From the human T2T-CHM13v2.0 reference genome, Homo sapiens: 64,000 nt of DNA. Where the stretch lies: assembly GCF_009914755.1 (NCBI RefSeq), contig NC_060935.1. One strand, 5' to 3'. This document shows, piece by piece, positions 43,483 through 61,109 of the stretch. Position 1 is the stretch's first letter. Each line of letters opens with the position of its first letter. The translations under genes and the position numbers were made by a program. The notes under the pieces were generated by a model. The model made no database searches, was not told the DNA's origin, and worked only from the letters and a program-made list of their open reading frames with translations.

Positions 43483-43517
43483 ATGTGTGAGAGAGAGAGA
43501 GAGGCAGGGAGAGAGAG
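43448..43517. repeat. Compound (TG)n-(GA)n microsatellite
   Basis: (TG)17 at 43448-43481, followed by (GA)n. Confidence 0.95.
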
Positions 43518-43586
43518 TTGCCAGTGGTTCCCCTTCATGGCTGTCATTTATGTTCCTAAAATGCAAATCATGTCACTAGCCTGCCA

Positions 43587-44273
43587 CAGCAGTCCCCTTT
43601 TATATGTGATTTTTCTTTCTGGGGTTTCAATCATCTGAGGTCAACTGAGGTTCAAAACTATTAAATAAAAAAATTACAGAAATAAGCAATTCGTAAGTTT
43701 TAAAGTGCACACCATTCTGAATAGCATGATGAAATCTCTCAGCATCTCACTTTGCCATCCCACCCAGGATGTGAATCAACCCTTTCTCCAGCATATTCAG
43801 GCCATTGACTCTGCCTGCCTATTATTAATAGTCACTTAGTAGCCATCTGGGTTATCAGATCAACTGTCACGGTATCACAGTGCTTGTGTTCAAGAAACCC
43901 TTGCTTTACCTCATAATAGCACCAAAGTGCAAGAATAGTGATGCTGGCAATTCAAATATGCCAAAGAGAAGCCAAAAAGTGCTTCCTTTCACAGAAATGA
44001 TGAAAGTTCTCAACTTAATAAAGAGAAAAAATCATATTTTGAGGTTGTTTTATATATGCATATAACAATCGTAACAGTATATGTATTTATAATTGTTCCA
44101 TTTTATTATTAGTGTTAATCTCTTACTGTGCTAAATTTATAAATTAAACTCTCTCATAGGTATGTAGATATAGGAAAAAACACAGTATATGTAGGGTTCG
44201 GTACTATCTGTGGCTTCAGACATCCACTGGCAGTCTTGGAATGTAACCTTTGCAAATAACGGGGAAAGACTCT
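43587..44273. mobile_element. MER44 (Tigger7-derived Tc1/mariner MITE)
   Basis: Terminal inverted repeats 'cagcagtccccttttat' / 'ataacggggaaagactct'; internal 'gttttaaagtgcacaccattctgaatagcatgatgaaatctc' and 'gggttcggtactatctgtgg'. Confidence 0.85.
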
Positions 44274-44414
44274 AACAGCCAGCCTTCAAAGGCACTTCCC
44301 TGCCAGCGGATTATAGTCCAAGGCCCTGAGGAGGCTGGGGAAAAGCATTATATGCCACTCTTGCTTTGGCTCCTATCACTGCCCGTTTCAGTCTCGCATA
44401 AACACACTCACACT

Positions 44415-47400
44415 ATGCACCATGAAACCATCACCAATATTAAGACAATTAATATATCCATCATTTCCAAATGTTTCTCCTTTACTTTCTTTTTCCTGCC
44501 CGGCCCTGATTCCCTAGGTATCTATTGATTTGTTTTCTGTCGCTATAGATTAGTTTGCATTTTCTAGTGTTGCATAAAAATGGAAATCATACAGTTATTC
44601 TTTCTTTGAAATCTGGCTTCTTTCTATCAGTGTAATTATTATGAGATTCTCCTATATTGTTGCATATATCAGTAGTTCATTCATTTTTATTGTATGATTC
44701 TATTGTATGGCTATACCACTGCTTATAGATTCAATTTACCTATTAATGGATATTTAGGTTGTTTCCAATTGGGGGGCATTACAAATAATGGTTCTATAAG
44801 GAATCATCTATAAGTCTTCTATACATGTATCATTTAATTCACTTGAATAAATTCTTAAGACTGGAAGAACTGGGTCATATGGAAGGTGTGTTTAACTTTT
44901 TAAGAAACTGCCAAAATATTGTCCCAAGGATTTGTATTATTTTACATGTCAACAAGCAGTACATGAGAATTTCAAATGCTCCACATCCTTGCTGGCACAC
45001 AGTATGGTCATTCTTTTTAATTTTAGACATTGCGATAGTTGTGTTCAGTCCTCTGCTGTGGTTTCAATTTAAATTTCTCTGATGATTATGAGGAAATACT
45101 TATTTGCCATCCATATGTATTCTGCGGTGAAGTATCCATAAGAAATCGTTTGTCTACTTATTATTATTATCATTTCTTAACAACATATTTGAAGAGCTCT
45201 TTTATGCATTCCAGAAAAAAATCAATTACCAGATAATTGATTTGCACACATTTTTTCAAATCTATGGTTTTTAAATAGTATCTTAGTAGTTTATTTTAAA
45301 GAGCAAAAATAATTATTTGTGGTGAAGTCTAATTCATCAATATTTTCTTAACGCAGATTATGCTTTCATTGTTGTGTCTAAGAAATTGTTGCCTAATTCG
45401 AGGGCGTAAAGACGTTTTTCTATGTTTTCTTCTAGAAGTTTTACAGTTCTACATTTCACATTTATATAAAGGATCTATCTTGAGTTAATTCTTGTGTACA
45501 GTCAGAGGTATGGATCCACATTCACATTTGTTGCATACGAATATCCAATTGTTTCAAAAACATTTGTTGAAAAGGCTATCTTTTTTTCACTGAATTGCTT
45601 ATGTCAAAAATTGATTGTTCATTAATGTATGGATCTACTTCTGTGGATTTCTATTCTGTTCCCTTGATCTATATGTCTATCTTTATGCCAACACCACACT
45701 GTTATGTTCCTGTAACATATAATAAGACATGAAGTCAGTCAGTGTAATTCCTCCAAGTTTCCACTTCTTTTTCATCTGTTTCAGCTATTCTAGGTACCTC
45801 TTATTGCCATATGAGTCTTAGGATCAGCTTGATAATTTTTACCAGAAAAAAAAATCTAATGGGATTTTTATTGAAATTTCATTGCATCTGTAGATACATT
45901 TCAGAAGGATTAAAATCTTAATATTGACTTTTACAATTCATGACCACAGATTATCTCTCCACTTAAGTTTTTTTAAAAAAATCTTCCAATAATGCTTTTT
46001 GTTTTCAGTACACAAGTCTTAACACACCTTCCATCATGTCATATTTATCCCAAAGTTTTCCACATTTTAATACAATTTTAAATGGTATTTTAAAAAATCC
46101 ATTTCAGTTTTCAATTGTATCCTGACACCTTGCTGAACTTATTTCTTAGCTTTAATAGCTATTTTGTAGTCTCCATAAAATTCTCTGCACAGTCAATCAT
46201 GTCATCTGCAATTTTAACTTTTCCATTCTAATCTGGATTCTCTCTCATGCACTCTCTCTCTCTCCTCCCTCCCTACCTTCCTTCTTTTTCTTCCTTCTCC
46301 TCCCTTCCCTTTTCTTCCACTGCACTCTCCTTCATCTTCCATTTCTTCCCCTCCCTTCCCTCCCTCTCTTCCTTCCGTACTTTCTCTCATTGTTTTGATT
46401 TAAAACCTTTAGCAGAAGTTTGAATACAAGTGGTGAAGGCAGATATCCTTACTTTGTTCTTGATCTTAGCCTTTCATTCAGTCTTTCACCATTTTCTTGC
46501 CTTTAAAGTTCGCTTCTAGTGTCAATTTAATAAGAGTTTTTATCAGGAAAGTAAGTTGAATTTTTAAAATATTTTTTCTTTCTCTATTTAGATGATGACA
46601 TGGATTACTTTTTAATGAGTTAATATAATAAGTTACATTTAAGGATTTTCATATGTTAAGTCTACCATGCATTCCCATAATAAATCCTAATTGTTCAGCC
46701 TGTATTATGCATTTTATATATTGTTGAATGAAATGTACTAAAATTCTATTAAGATTTTTTGCATGTATGTTCATGAGGAATATTAGCCTGTAGCAATGTT
46801 TTTGTCTGGTTTAGGTATCAAGGTAATGTTGATCAGAAATAATTAGTTGGGAAATGTAGCTCTTTTTCAATTTTCTACAATAATTTGCATAGAAGTGATA
46901 CTATTTCTCTTTTAAATCTTCAGTGAAATTCACAGGTAAAGTCATCTTGACCTAGGAATGTCTTTATGGGAAGCTTATTAACTATAAATTCAATTTATTT
47001 AATAGTTATAGGGTCACTCAATTTATCTATTTTTTCTTGAGTGAGTATATTGGTTATGGTAGCCATAGAGAACTAATATACTCACTCAAGAAAAAATAGA
47101 TAAATTGAGTATCACTTCTATTAGGTATATATTGAGCTTTAAATCTATCTTCATGCTTTTTTTAACATTATTGGTCCCATATTCTTTTTAGTCTTTTCCT
47201 GTTTATTCTGCCTTATTTTAGATTAACTATATTTTTTCAAATTCCTTTTTACCTTCTTTTTTTAGCTATACCTCTTTGTTTTATTATTCTGGTAATTGTT
47301 TTAAGCTTTATAGTATACATCTTTAATTTATTACAGTCTACTTTCAAGTGCTATAATAACATTTCCTATATGGTATATGAATCTTACAATAATATACTTT

Positions 47401-47610
47401 AATTTCTCCCCTCCTGGACTTTTGTTATTACTGTTAAACATGTTAGTTCTACATATGTTATAAAACCAAAAATACTTACTTAATTTGTTAATATTTTTGC
47501 TTTAAGCAATCAATTATCTTTTAAATATATTTTAATTAAAGACTATTTTAATATTCAGCCATGTATTTTCCATTTCGGGTGTTCTGTATTACTTTCTGTG
47601 GATGTGTGCG
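44415..47610 (-). mobile_element. Old L1M (L1MD/MC-like) with internal deletion
   Basis: Continuous reverse L1 3'UTR/ORF2 similarity ('taagaaactgccaaa', 'ttctagaagttttacagtt', 'atgttcatgaggaatattagcctgtag'), jumping to more 5' L1 sequence near 47.1 kb. Confidence 0.85.
46238..46390. repeat. CT-rich polypyrimidine tract
   Basis: About 150 bp almost purely C/T on the + strand. Confidence 0.9.
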
Positions 47611-47711
47611 CTAACAATTTTTTATTTTTAAATACAAACACTGTACCCACAAGTTAAATATACGAAACTCATCTTTCCATGTCATGACTTAAAGTTTTGG
47701 GTTTTTCTACA

Positions 47712-48778
47712 ATTGGTTTATTGAAATATAATTTGCATGTGATGCAATTCACCTATTTAAAGCACATAATTCAGATTTTTAGTATATTCGCAGAGTTGCG
47801 CAACCATCACCACAATCTAATTATAGGATATATTTAGCACCAAAAAAGAAGCCCTGTACCCTTTTTCAGTCATTCCTTCTTTTCTCTCAGTTCTCCTTTT
47901 ACCTGCTTCTAGGCAAACACTAATCTACTTTCCGTCTCTGTAGATTCATCTATTCTGGATATTTTATTAAATGGAATATGAACATATTGGTGTTTTGCCA
48001 TCTTTTCTGACTGGCTTCTTTTACTTAACATGTTTTCAAGATTCCTCCATGTCGTAGCATGTATCAATACTTTATTCTTTTTTATTGCTGGATAATATTC
48101 TATTGTATGAATATACTACATTTTGTCTACACATTCATCAGTTGATAAACATTGAGTTGTTTCCACATTTTGGCTATTGTGAGTACTGCTATAATGAACA
48201 TTTAAGTGCAGGTTTTGGAATAAACTTATGTTTTCAGTTCTCTTGGGTATATAACGAGGAGTACATTTGCTGAGTCATATCATAATTCTGTTTATCATTT
48301 TGAGGAACTGCCAAAGTGCTTTCCAAAGTGGCTGCATCATTCTACATTCCCTGCCAGCAGTACATCATGATTCCAATTTGTACACATACTTGCCAACGCT
48401 TGTTTTTTATTACAGCCATCCTAGTGGGTGTGAGGTAAAGTCACAGTGTTGTTCTGATTTGTATTTCCCTAGTAGGTAATGATGTGTGATTTTCTCACAT
48501 GTTTATTGAATGTGTGAGTACCACCTTTAGAGAAATATCAGGTTCTTTGCCCATTTAAAAAAATTTGGTGATTCATCTTTTTTATTGTTGAGATATAACA
48601 GTCATTTATACATTCTTAATACAAGTCCCTTATCAGATATGTGATTTACAAATATTTTCTCTTATCCAGTGGGTTTTAACTTTATTGATAACATGAATTA
48701 TAGCATTTCTTTTATTGTGGGAATGTCCTATTTACCTACTTTTCCTTTTGTCACTTATACTTCTGGTATTGTATCTAC
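47712..48778 (-). mobile_element. L1MB 3' fragment
   Basis: 'tttattgaaatataatttgcat..aattcacctatttaaag', 'tttagtatattcgcagagttgcgcaaccatcaccacaatc', 'tgaggaactgccaaagtgctttccaaagtggctgca'. Confidence 0.88.
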
Positions 48779-48784
48779 TTAGCA

Positions 48785-49520
48785 AATACTTTATACAAGC
48801 CAATGGCCTAAGCCCTAGGGTATATATACAATCAAAAAAGAGATGTATGTAGTTCCTGCTTTATGTAGATTAAATTTAGTGGGATGCCCAAGCATTTATT
48901 TAAAATAACACATAAACACACAATTGCAAACTAATTAGTTCTATGAAGGAGAAAGCAGAGAGCTATGAGGAAGTATAATAGGAACCAAATCTAATCAATG
49001 TGTACATGTGTGCATTTGTGTGTGTGTGTGTGTTTCAGGAGAGAGTTGTCAAGAAAGTGTTTCCTGATGAAGCAATGTTTGAATTGAGATCTGTAAGACC
49101 AAAAGAGGAAAGGGCAATGAAGAAAGCTTTCTAGGAAAAAAGGACCTGAGCAGACATGCCACCTATAGAAACTGAAACGAAAAGTGTGGAGTTGCAGAGA
49201 GAGCAGGGGTGAGAGAAGATCAGATGAGGCTACAGAAGTAAGCAGGGATAACAGCATGGAGCATCTTTTAAACCATGCTAAGGATTTTAATATTTTCCCT
49301 AAGAGCAAGGGAAAGTGATTGGAGGGTTAATCGCTTTGGCTACAGTCTAGAAAATAGACTGTGAAGAGAATAAGTGTTAGTGAGCTGGCCAGTTAGGAGA
49401 CAATCATTCAGGCAATGGCGATGATGGTGGCATGGAGTATGGTAATAGTAGTAGAGGTGAAGCAAAGGAAAGAAACTGGAGGGATACTTGCTTAGAAGAA
49501 TGAACAAGCCTAGATCTTGA
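48785..49520 (-). mobile_element. L2 fragment
   Basis: 'ttcctgatgaagcaatgtttgaattgagatctg', 'aaccatgctaaggattttaa..ttttccctaagagcaagggaa'; (TG)n at ~49018-49033. Confidence 0.7.
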
Positions 49521-50754
49521 ATAAGATATGGGACTTTGCACACTGGATTGATTGCCACATTTGTCCTAGAAGGAAGAAGGTGTACTCTGAGCCTCAAGTA
49601 TTAAAGTTACCTGATCTAGTTCTCAAACAAACACTTAGCTGTCCCTCAATAAGATTTAGTATTTGAATTTCTTGCTTTGTTTGGCTTCCAGATCTGATAT
49701 TATTAACTTATTTTTATCTTTTCACCTATATGCACCCTTCAGATGCAATATTTGATATAAATCTTCAAGTGCTGATATTACAACCACTTCTCTGCTAAAT
49801 TCTGTGCATTTATCTCCTTATAAATTTTTTTTCTTCTGGCAGCCAATAGTACAACCTGTCTAGTCAAGTTCAATCTTCCAGAACTTTACTAGGCACTAAA
49901 CTATGTGACTGACTTTCTTACAAGCAACACCCTAGAATGTGGAGTGAGCAAGGAGAATTTGCCCTCTCTGACCATTCACTGCAAACCAAACTCTAGTACA
50001 GATAAACCAGGTCTATAATTGACATGTAATCTTCACCGCTCAGGAACTGAGATGCTTCAACAGTGGGAACATTCTTCATGTTCACAATGTCTCCGTATCC
50101 TATATTTTCCTAATCAGACCACCTATTCACCACACCCTCTGCAGAAAACAATAAGAAACGTAATGTTTCTTTCATACATAAAAATTGATAAACTTCTTCC
50201 TAGATGCTTAAGCTTTCAGGAACATGGTATATAATTACCCTCTCCTCCTATAATTCCCTATATTATGGCTCCAACATTTGCAGTGCATATTCTTGTAATT
50301 GCTCCTATATGTAATTACATTTACATAAAACTTACATAATTTTGCCTGCATTATAAGGTGATGATTCATTTTTCAGAAACTTTTTTGAGGCCCCCAAATA
50401 GGATACACTGGAGCTATATTTATTTCTTACATGAAATGCTAAAGAAAGGAAAAGCATATACATATATATTAGCCTGTCACAGTTAGGCTAGTATTCAGAA
50501 ATTTGGAAATTGATATTCAAATAGATGTAAGTAGAATGGAAATGAGTAGAAAAGGCATACTCATGTCCGAGTGTCAAATTATTATTTCCATGTAACATCA
50601 AGAAACGTGTAACATCAAAAGATATATATTATATACTAAGTATAATAAAAATCAAAGCACTCCATAATGACAATAAAAATCAAACGAAAGAATTTTCCCC
50701 TAAAGTTGCAAATATTCCACTCCATTTATGTGTGAAAGCCACTGGGCTTCAATA

Positions 50755-50985
50755 CATAAAGGCTTTGGATTCAACTGCATCTGGGTTCAAATCCTAGACC
50801 TGCAGCTTTTAACTGAGCAATTTTGGACAAGTTATTTAGTTTCTCTGAGTTGAATTTTACCATCGGTAAAGTTGGGATAATAATACATACTTCACAGCAT
50901 TGCTATAGGATTAAGTAAGATAGCTAATAGAAATTAAAGGGTGCTTGCTCTACAGTAGGTGATCAGCGAATTTTAGTTTCATTCC
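50755..50985 (+). mobile_element. MIR SINE
   Basis: 'ctgggttcaaatcctagac...ttggacaagttatttagtttctctgag..ttttaccatcggtaaagttgggataataatac'. Confidence 0.8.
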
Positions 50986-51101
50986 CTATCAGTTCTTTTC
51001 TTTATAGAATTTTATGGTTCTTCCTGGTGTGTTTTGGCTGTTGGTAGGCAAGACAAGTAACCAAAATTATTTTACATGTGGAGCTAATTAAAAAAAAAAA
51101 A

Positions 51102-51278
51102 GCAATGGTTTCAAAACGTCGTGAAATATCAGAATCACCTGGAGATTTTGTTAAAGCATACATTGCTGGGTCCCACCACTAGAGTTTTTGATTCAGTAGG
51201 TCTGGGGTCGGCCCAAGAATTTGTAGTTCTAAAAAGTGATACATTGCTAGTTGTGGACCACAGTTGGAGAACTGTTGC
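51102..51278. mobile_element. MER5A hAT-Charlie MITE
   Basis: 'atcagaatcacctggagattttgttaaagcatacattgctgggtcccaccactagagtttttgattcagtaggtctggggtcggcccaagaatttg'. Confidence 0.88.
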
Positions 51279-52745
51279 TGTAATACACGTGCAACAACCA
51301 AAACAAGATAATGGGGGTGGGGAGGATTAGGCGGATCATGGCAGACGGGAGGCAGGACTAGATCACAGCTCTGACTCGGACAGAGCAGCGTGTGGAGGCT
51401 CGCGTCATGAATCTTTGCTTCAAAACAACTGCAGGAATAAAATCAGGAAACCCAAGAGAACCCACAGACCCTCTGAAGGAAGCAGATTGCTCCTGCAGGA
51501 CAAAGGAGACACCCCAAACACGGTGAGTGCCCAAACTGTGGAAATGGGAAAGAGAGATCATCTGCCCCTGAACACACACCCTCACTGGGGAAACTGAAGG
51601 TCTAGATTACAAGACAAGATTCTGACCTTACCTGGAGCTGAGTCAATTTAGAGAGCCAATTGAAATACAGGGGTGGAGGAAGCAGTGGGAAAAGCTCTGT
51701 GAGCTTGCTGGGTCCCCTACCAAACCATTTCTGCCTGGCCTCATAGGGGTCCTTTGGGCGGGTGGACAGAGGCATTGGGAAAAGGCCACAGGGAGAAGGA
51801 AATCTCCAGCTGAACTTTGTAACAATTAGAACTGATCAAGAAGTCTCCTGGCCAGAACTCAGGGAAGGGCATGAATCTGGTGTGCAGAGTCCATAGGCGG
51901 GGGAAAAAGGAAATCCATACTTGCTTTTGCAACTGAGAGGCAGGTAGCTTGGGGCAAGTTCTCAGCCCTGCTTGCCCACTGCCTGGAAACAGACTCGGTG
52001 CTATTGGGGGTGGGGACATGGTGGGAGTGAGACTGGGCCTTCAGATTCCGTGGGAGCTGGGCGAGGCCTGTGACTGCTGGCTTTCTCCCACCTCGCTGAC
52101 AACCTGCATGACACAGTAGAGATAACCATAATCCTCTTAGGAACATAACTCCACTGACCTGGGAACCTCATCTCCATTGCCCACAGTAGCCGCAGCAAGA
52201 CCTGCCCAAGGGAAGTCTGAGCTCAGACATGCCTAGCCCTGCTCCCACCCAATGGTCCTTCCCTACTCACCTGTAACTGAAGACAAAATGTGTATACTCT
52301 TGGAAGTTTTAAGGCCCCACCCACCTCCTGTTCCTCCCCATACTACCATAGCTGATGCTCTCTGGAAAGTGCTACCTCCTGGCAGGAAGCCAACCAGCAA
52401 AAAATAGTCCATTAAACCACCAAAGCTAAGAAATCTAAAAGAGTCCGTTTCGCCACCCCACCAGCTCCATCAGAACAGTTGCTGGTATCCATGGCTGAGA
52501 GACCCACAGATGGTTCACATCACAGGACTGTCTGCAGACAACCCCCAGTACCAGCCTGGAGCCTGGTAGACTTGCTGGGTGGCTAGACTCAGAAGAGAGA
52601 TAACAATCACTACAGTTCTGCTCCCAGGAAGCCACATCCATAGGAAAAGGGGGAGAGTACTACATCAAGGGAACATCCCGTGGGACAAAAGAATCTGAAC
52701 AATAGCCTTCAGCCCTAGACCTTGCCTCTGACAGAGCCTACCCAA

Positions 52746-53770
52746 ATGAGAAGGAACCAGAAAACCAAATCTGGTAATATGACAAAACAAGGTTCTTTAA
52801 CACCCCATCACTCCCCACTAGAAAATCACACTAGCTCACCAGCAATGGATCCAAACCAAGAAGAAATCCCTGATTTACCTAAAAAATGATTCAGGAGGTT
52901 AGTTATTAAGTTAACCAGGGAGGCACCAGAGAAGGTGAAGCCCAATGTAAGGAAATCAAAAAAATGACACAGGAAGTGAAGGGAGAAATATTCAATGAAA
53001 TAGATAGCATAAATAAAAAACAATAAAACTTCAGGAAACAATGGACACACTCATAGAAATGCAAAGTGCTCTGGAAAGTCTCAGCAATAGCATTGAACAA
53101 GTAGAAGTAAGAAATTCAGAGGTCAAAGACAAGCTTCTTGAATTAACCAAATCCAACAAAGACAAAAAAGAATAGGAAAATATGAACAAAGCCTCCAAGA
53201 AGTCTGGGATTACGTTAAATGACCAAACCTAAGAATTACCATCATTCCTGTAGAAGAAAAGATATCTAAAAGTCTGGAAAACAGATTTGGGGGAATAAAT
53301 GAGGAAAACTTCCCCAGCCTTGCTAGAGACCTAGCCGTCCAAATACGAGAAACACAAAGAACACCTGGGAAATTCATCACAAAAAGATCTTCACCTAGGC
53401 ACGTTGTCATCAGGTTATCTAAAGTTAAGACAAAGGAAAGAATCTTAAGAGCTGTGAGACAAAAGCACCAGGTAACCTATAAAAGAAAACCTATCAGATT
53501 AACAGCAGATTTCTCAGCAGAAACCCTACAAGCTAGAAGGAATTGGGGCCCTATCTTCAGCCTCTTCAAACAAAACAATTATCAGTCAAGAATTTTGTAT
53601 CCATCGAAGCTAAGCTTCCTATATGAAGGAAAGATATAGTCTTTTTCAGACAAACAAGTGCTGAGAAAATGTGCCATTACAAAGCCACCACTACAAGAAT
53701 TGTTAAAAGGAGTACTAAATCTTGAAACAAATCCTGGAAACACACCAAAACAGAACCTCTTTAAAGCACA
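52746..53770 (+). pseudogene. L1 ORF1p remnant (disrupted)
   Basis: ORF-track peptide 'QVTYKRKPIRLTADFSAETLQARRNWGPIF...RILYPSKLSF' is the ORF1p C-terminal region; stops and frameshifts elsewhere. Confidence 0.88.
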
Positions 53771-53838
53771 CATCTCATAGGACCTATAAAACAAAAATAC
53801 AATTAAAAAAAAAACAAGGTACACAGGCAACAAATAGC

Positions 53839-57752
<3,914 letters not shown>

Positions 57753-58719
57753 GCTATGAGGACTCAAAGACATAAGAATGACACAATGGACTCTGGGGAC
57801 TCAGGGGTAAAGGGTGGGTGGGAACGGGGTGAGAGAAAAAAGACTTCAAACAGGGTTCAGTGTATACTGCTAAGGTGATGAGTGCACCAAAAGCTCACAT
57901 ATCACCGCTAAAGAACTTACCCATGTAACCAAACACCACCTGTTCCCCAATAACCTATGGAAATTAAAAAACATTTAAATAAATTAAAAAAAAGTTAAAA
58001 AGATTTTTTAAAAGATAATTGGTAAAAAGGGAGAGAAAACCACATTTTCCAAAGTCATATTTACTGTTCTAAACTTTCACTATAATCTACTGAAGAGTTA
58101 GAACAATCCCACAGATGGGAATCAGCATACCCAGACTTGCCCTCTTTCGGTGTGGCCTTGGGCATGTTACTTCACTATTCCTAGCTTTGGTTTCTCCATC
58201 CTAAAAATTACAGTACTGAAATAGGTCAGTGTTCTTAAAACTGTGTTTTCTAAGCACTGGGAGATCAGAACAAACTGAAGAATGATCTTCGTGGTGGAAC
58301 TGAACAGACAAGAATTGAACAAACAAGAATCTCATCCCCACACAGATCAGCTCTCCTTATAGAACTCTTAATATAATGTAGTTCTACAGAAGAAGCCAAA
58401 CCAAATCAAAATAAATAAACACAATCCAGTCTGAAAAATCTTTAGGCTAGATGATATCTGTGGTCACTTTTACCATGGCTTTCTCAAATATTGAGCTCCA
58501 CATATGGAGCATTCTGTACTACTACTTTCTGTGATTATAATGATAATCAATAGCAATAAAGACCTTAGACACTACAAATTTCAAACTTCAAGCTATATTC
58601 AATGCACTTTTGGTATTAAGAATTTTTCAATTCCAATGATTTGAAAGCAGATAAGCCATTCTTATTGCTTATGCTAACTCTGTGTGTGTATGTATCTCAA
58701 TCTAATAATTTGAGCAATT

Positions 58720-58950
58720 TCATGATACAGCTAGCATTTTTGAGTGTTTGCTCTGTGTCACCTAGTATGTTAAAAGCTTAAAATGTATTTTCTAGTTCAA
58801 TCCTTAGAAAAACTCTTTTAAGTAATATTATTATTCCCAACCCAGAAATGCATAAACTCTAGCACAAATAATTTAACTAGCTTGCTCATGAGCCACAGGT
58901 AGTAAAAGGCAAGGGTGGGATTTGAACCTAAGTCTACTTGTCTATGACTT
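58720..58950 (-). mobile_element. MIR SINE
   Basis: 'agctagcattttttgagtgtttgctctgtgtca...gccacaggtagtaaaaggcaagggtgggatttgaaccta'. Confidence 0.72.
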
Positions 58951-60542
58951 TATGTTGTACTTATCCTATGAGGAGATTCAAATAATCAGATAGTTATCAG
59001 AGGGAGCAATTAAAATATATAGATCTCTTTGATACATAAAAAAAATAAAATTAAAAAAAAACGAGGATATTAAATCCCTCTGTGAGAAGAGCTAGGCTTT
59101 CTCCAGCAGGAAAGTTTCATCCAATGAGTAGGAAGAAGGAGAGTTTAAGGTTTGCTCATAATCACGGGGGCAATGGTATGCACTATGAAACACTATTACT
59201 TTATTTCCTTATTTGATTTTTCAAATGTGAGCTTGGCTGAAAGTCTTTAGCTAAGTTAATGACATTAAAACAAACAACAGCGTATGCTAAGTGAACTGCT
59301 ATAGTCAAAAGCAGTGACAACTGTGTATGTTTTCGGAAGGTGGTAAGATATGAAATAGGGAAAGTATGATGAAACAGATATCCCATTGTAATGCCACCTC
59401 CTTGACCGAGAAGACTAATAACTACTTAATGAGTGTTGACTCCAAAGATGCTTCATTTTAATCTTTTAATTGCATATGAATAAAGCTTTAATGGAGCAGA
59501 TTAGATCCACGGCACAATAATCTAAAGAGACCTGGATAGTGTGTTTCTACAAACTCTGAGCAGGTCAGTAGCTGGATGACTCCTTATAATTCAAAGATAC
59601 TCATCCCTTTTATTAATAATTGTTTAAGCAATTCAGTCAAAAAATAAGGGATCACCATACAATGACCCCTATGATTCAGACTGTTATATTCAGAAAATCT
59701 TCTTATAACTCTTGAAGCGATGGTAACTTGCATCCTAAATTGAGTTTTAGAGCTGCTCTGTCTTAATACAGGCTTTCACAGATGAAACAGTTTCTCGGGA
59801 TGTTAGCTAACAACTCAACCCCAGTCTGGGCTGTTCATTTTTATTTTGCAGCTTTATTCATTATTTATTCTCAACAAGTATCTGTGAAGGTTGAAGAAAA
59901 AGAATTATCACAAAATTTATTTAAATAAATTTTTTACAGAAAAAAAAGAGAGAGAGTAGACAAGGGAAGGACCTTGACCTCAACTTTTTCCTTAACTATG
60001 AATCATTGACACAAAACATTGTATTTTTAAATTTTTCTCATGAGGTATAATTAGAAATTCCAATGAAAAATACTAAGGAATAAACATAGAAACAGAAGAT
60101 AAACATGATCAATATGAGAGAGATTTGTTAGCTATTGTAAGATTTTACCTTTTTGATAACTAAATGTCATGAACAACTGATTTTTATAGCATTCTCAGCC
60201 AATAAGCACAGGAAACATATAGTATTAATAAAAATAATACTATACAAATGAATAGTGTTAATCCATTCATAGGCTCTTCTAATCCTTCTATTATATGCTA
60301 ATGCATCTGGCATGGAATTCTATTTATTCTGTTTCTTTTTTCAATGTTTCTCCTGATTTCTTTGTCAAATTCAACATCTTTAAAGGTAAATAATATTTCA
60401 TTTTACCAACATGCTACAATTGTTTGTTCATTTTTCAGAGTAGGTAGTTGAGCTACTTCAAAATGACAATATTTTGCAGGTGACAGATCTTTACAACTTT
60501 GACAAGTTCCTGATTTTCACATGACAATAATTTTTATCTCAC

Positions 60543-60680
60543 CTTCTTGAAAAATGCATGCTAAGACTGTGAGCTTTGGGGTTAATTTGTGGTTTTAGCC
60601 CCTACATTTTCACATTTAAGGGAAACATCTGTCCTACTAGTCATTGTTGTTTTTATGTCAACTGACAATGCATTCAAATA
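60543..60680 (-). other. Candidate non-coding exon (138 nt)
   Basis: Minus strand: tcttcttattttaatcag|TATTTG...AAGAAG|gtgaga; stop codons in all three frames. Based on splice signals only. Confidence 0.2.
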
Positions 60681-61031
60681 CTGATTAAAATAAGAAGACG
60701 CCATGGGCTTCCAGTGCATATCAAACAGAAGAACAATGAACATCCAGATTACATTAGAAGGACTGTGACTGAAGACATTTAGAGTATGTGTTGATAGGGT
60801 AATTACTAGGTGGAGTAAATTGCAACGTAGAAGCCTCAAAAAGTACTTGTATAGTTTTTTTTCCACAAAAGAGGTCTTGTGTTTGAAAAAAAAAAAGAAG
60901 CTTTTAAATTCTAGTAACTTCCAAAATCAATTGCATCAAGTTCAATTGTAAGAATATTTTTAGTGTTCCTCTCTGAAATGCATAATACATATTAATTTTG
61001 AGTGAATAATTTTTAGTACTGGAAACCATAC

Positions 61032-61109
61032 CTGATCTGGTGGTTTCTTCTTCACTCCATGCAGTGAGAATCAATAGATTGATGTGGAGAGACAGTTACC
61101 TGGGGTGAT
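61032..61109 (-). other. Candidate non-coding exon (78 nt; alternative donor gives a 10-nt microexon)
   Basis: Minus strand: cctaat branch point, tgcctttttcattttag|ATCACCCCAG(gtaact)...GAAGAAGAA...ATCAG|gtatgg. Based on splice signals only. Confidence 0.3.
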
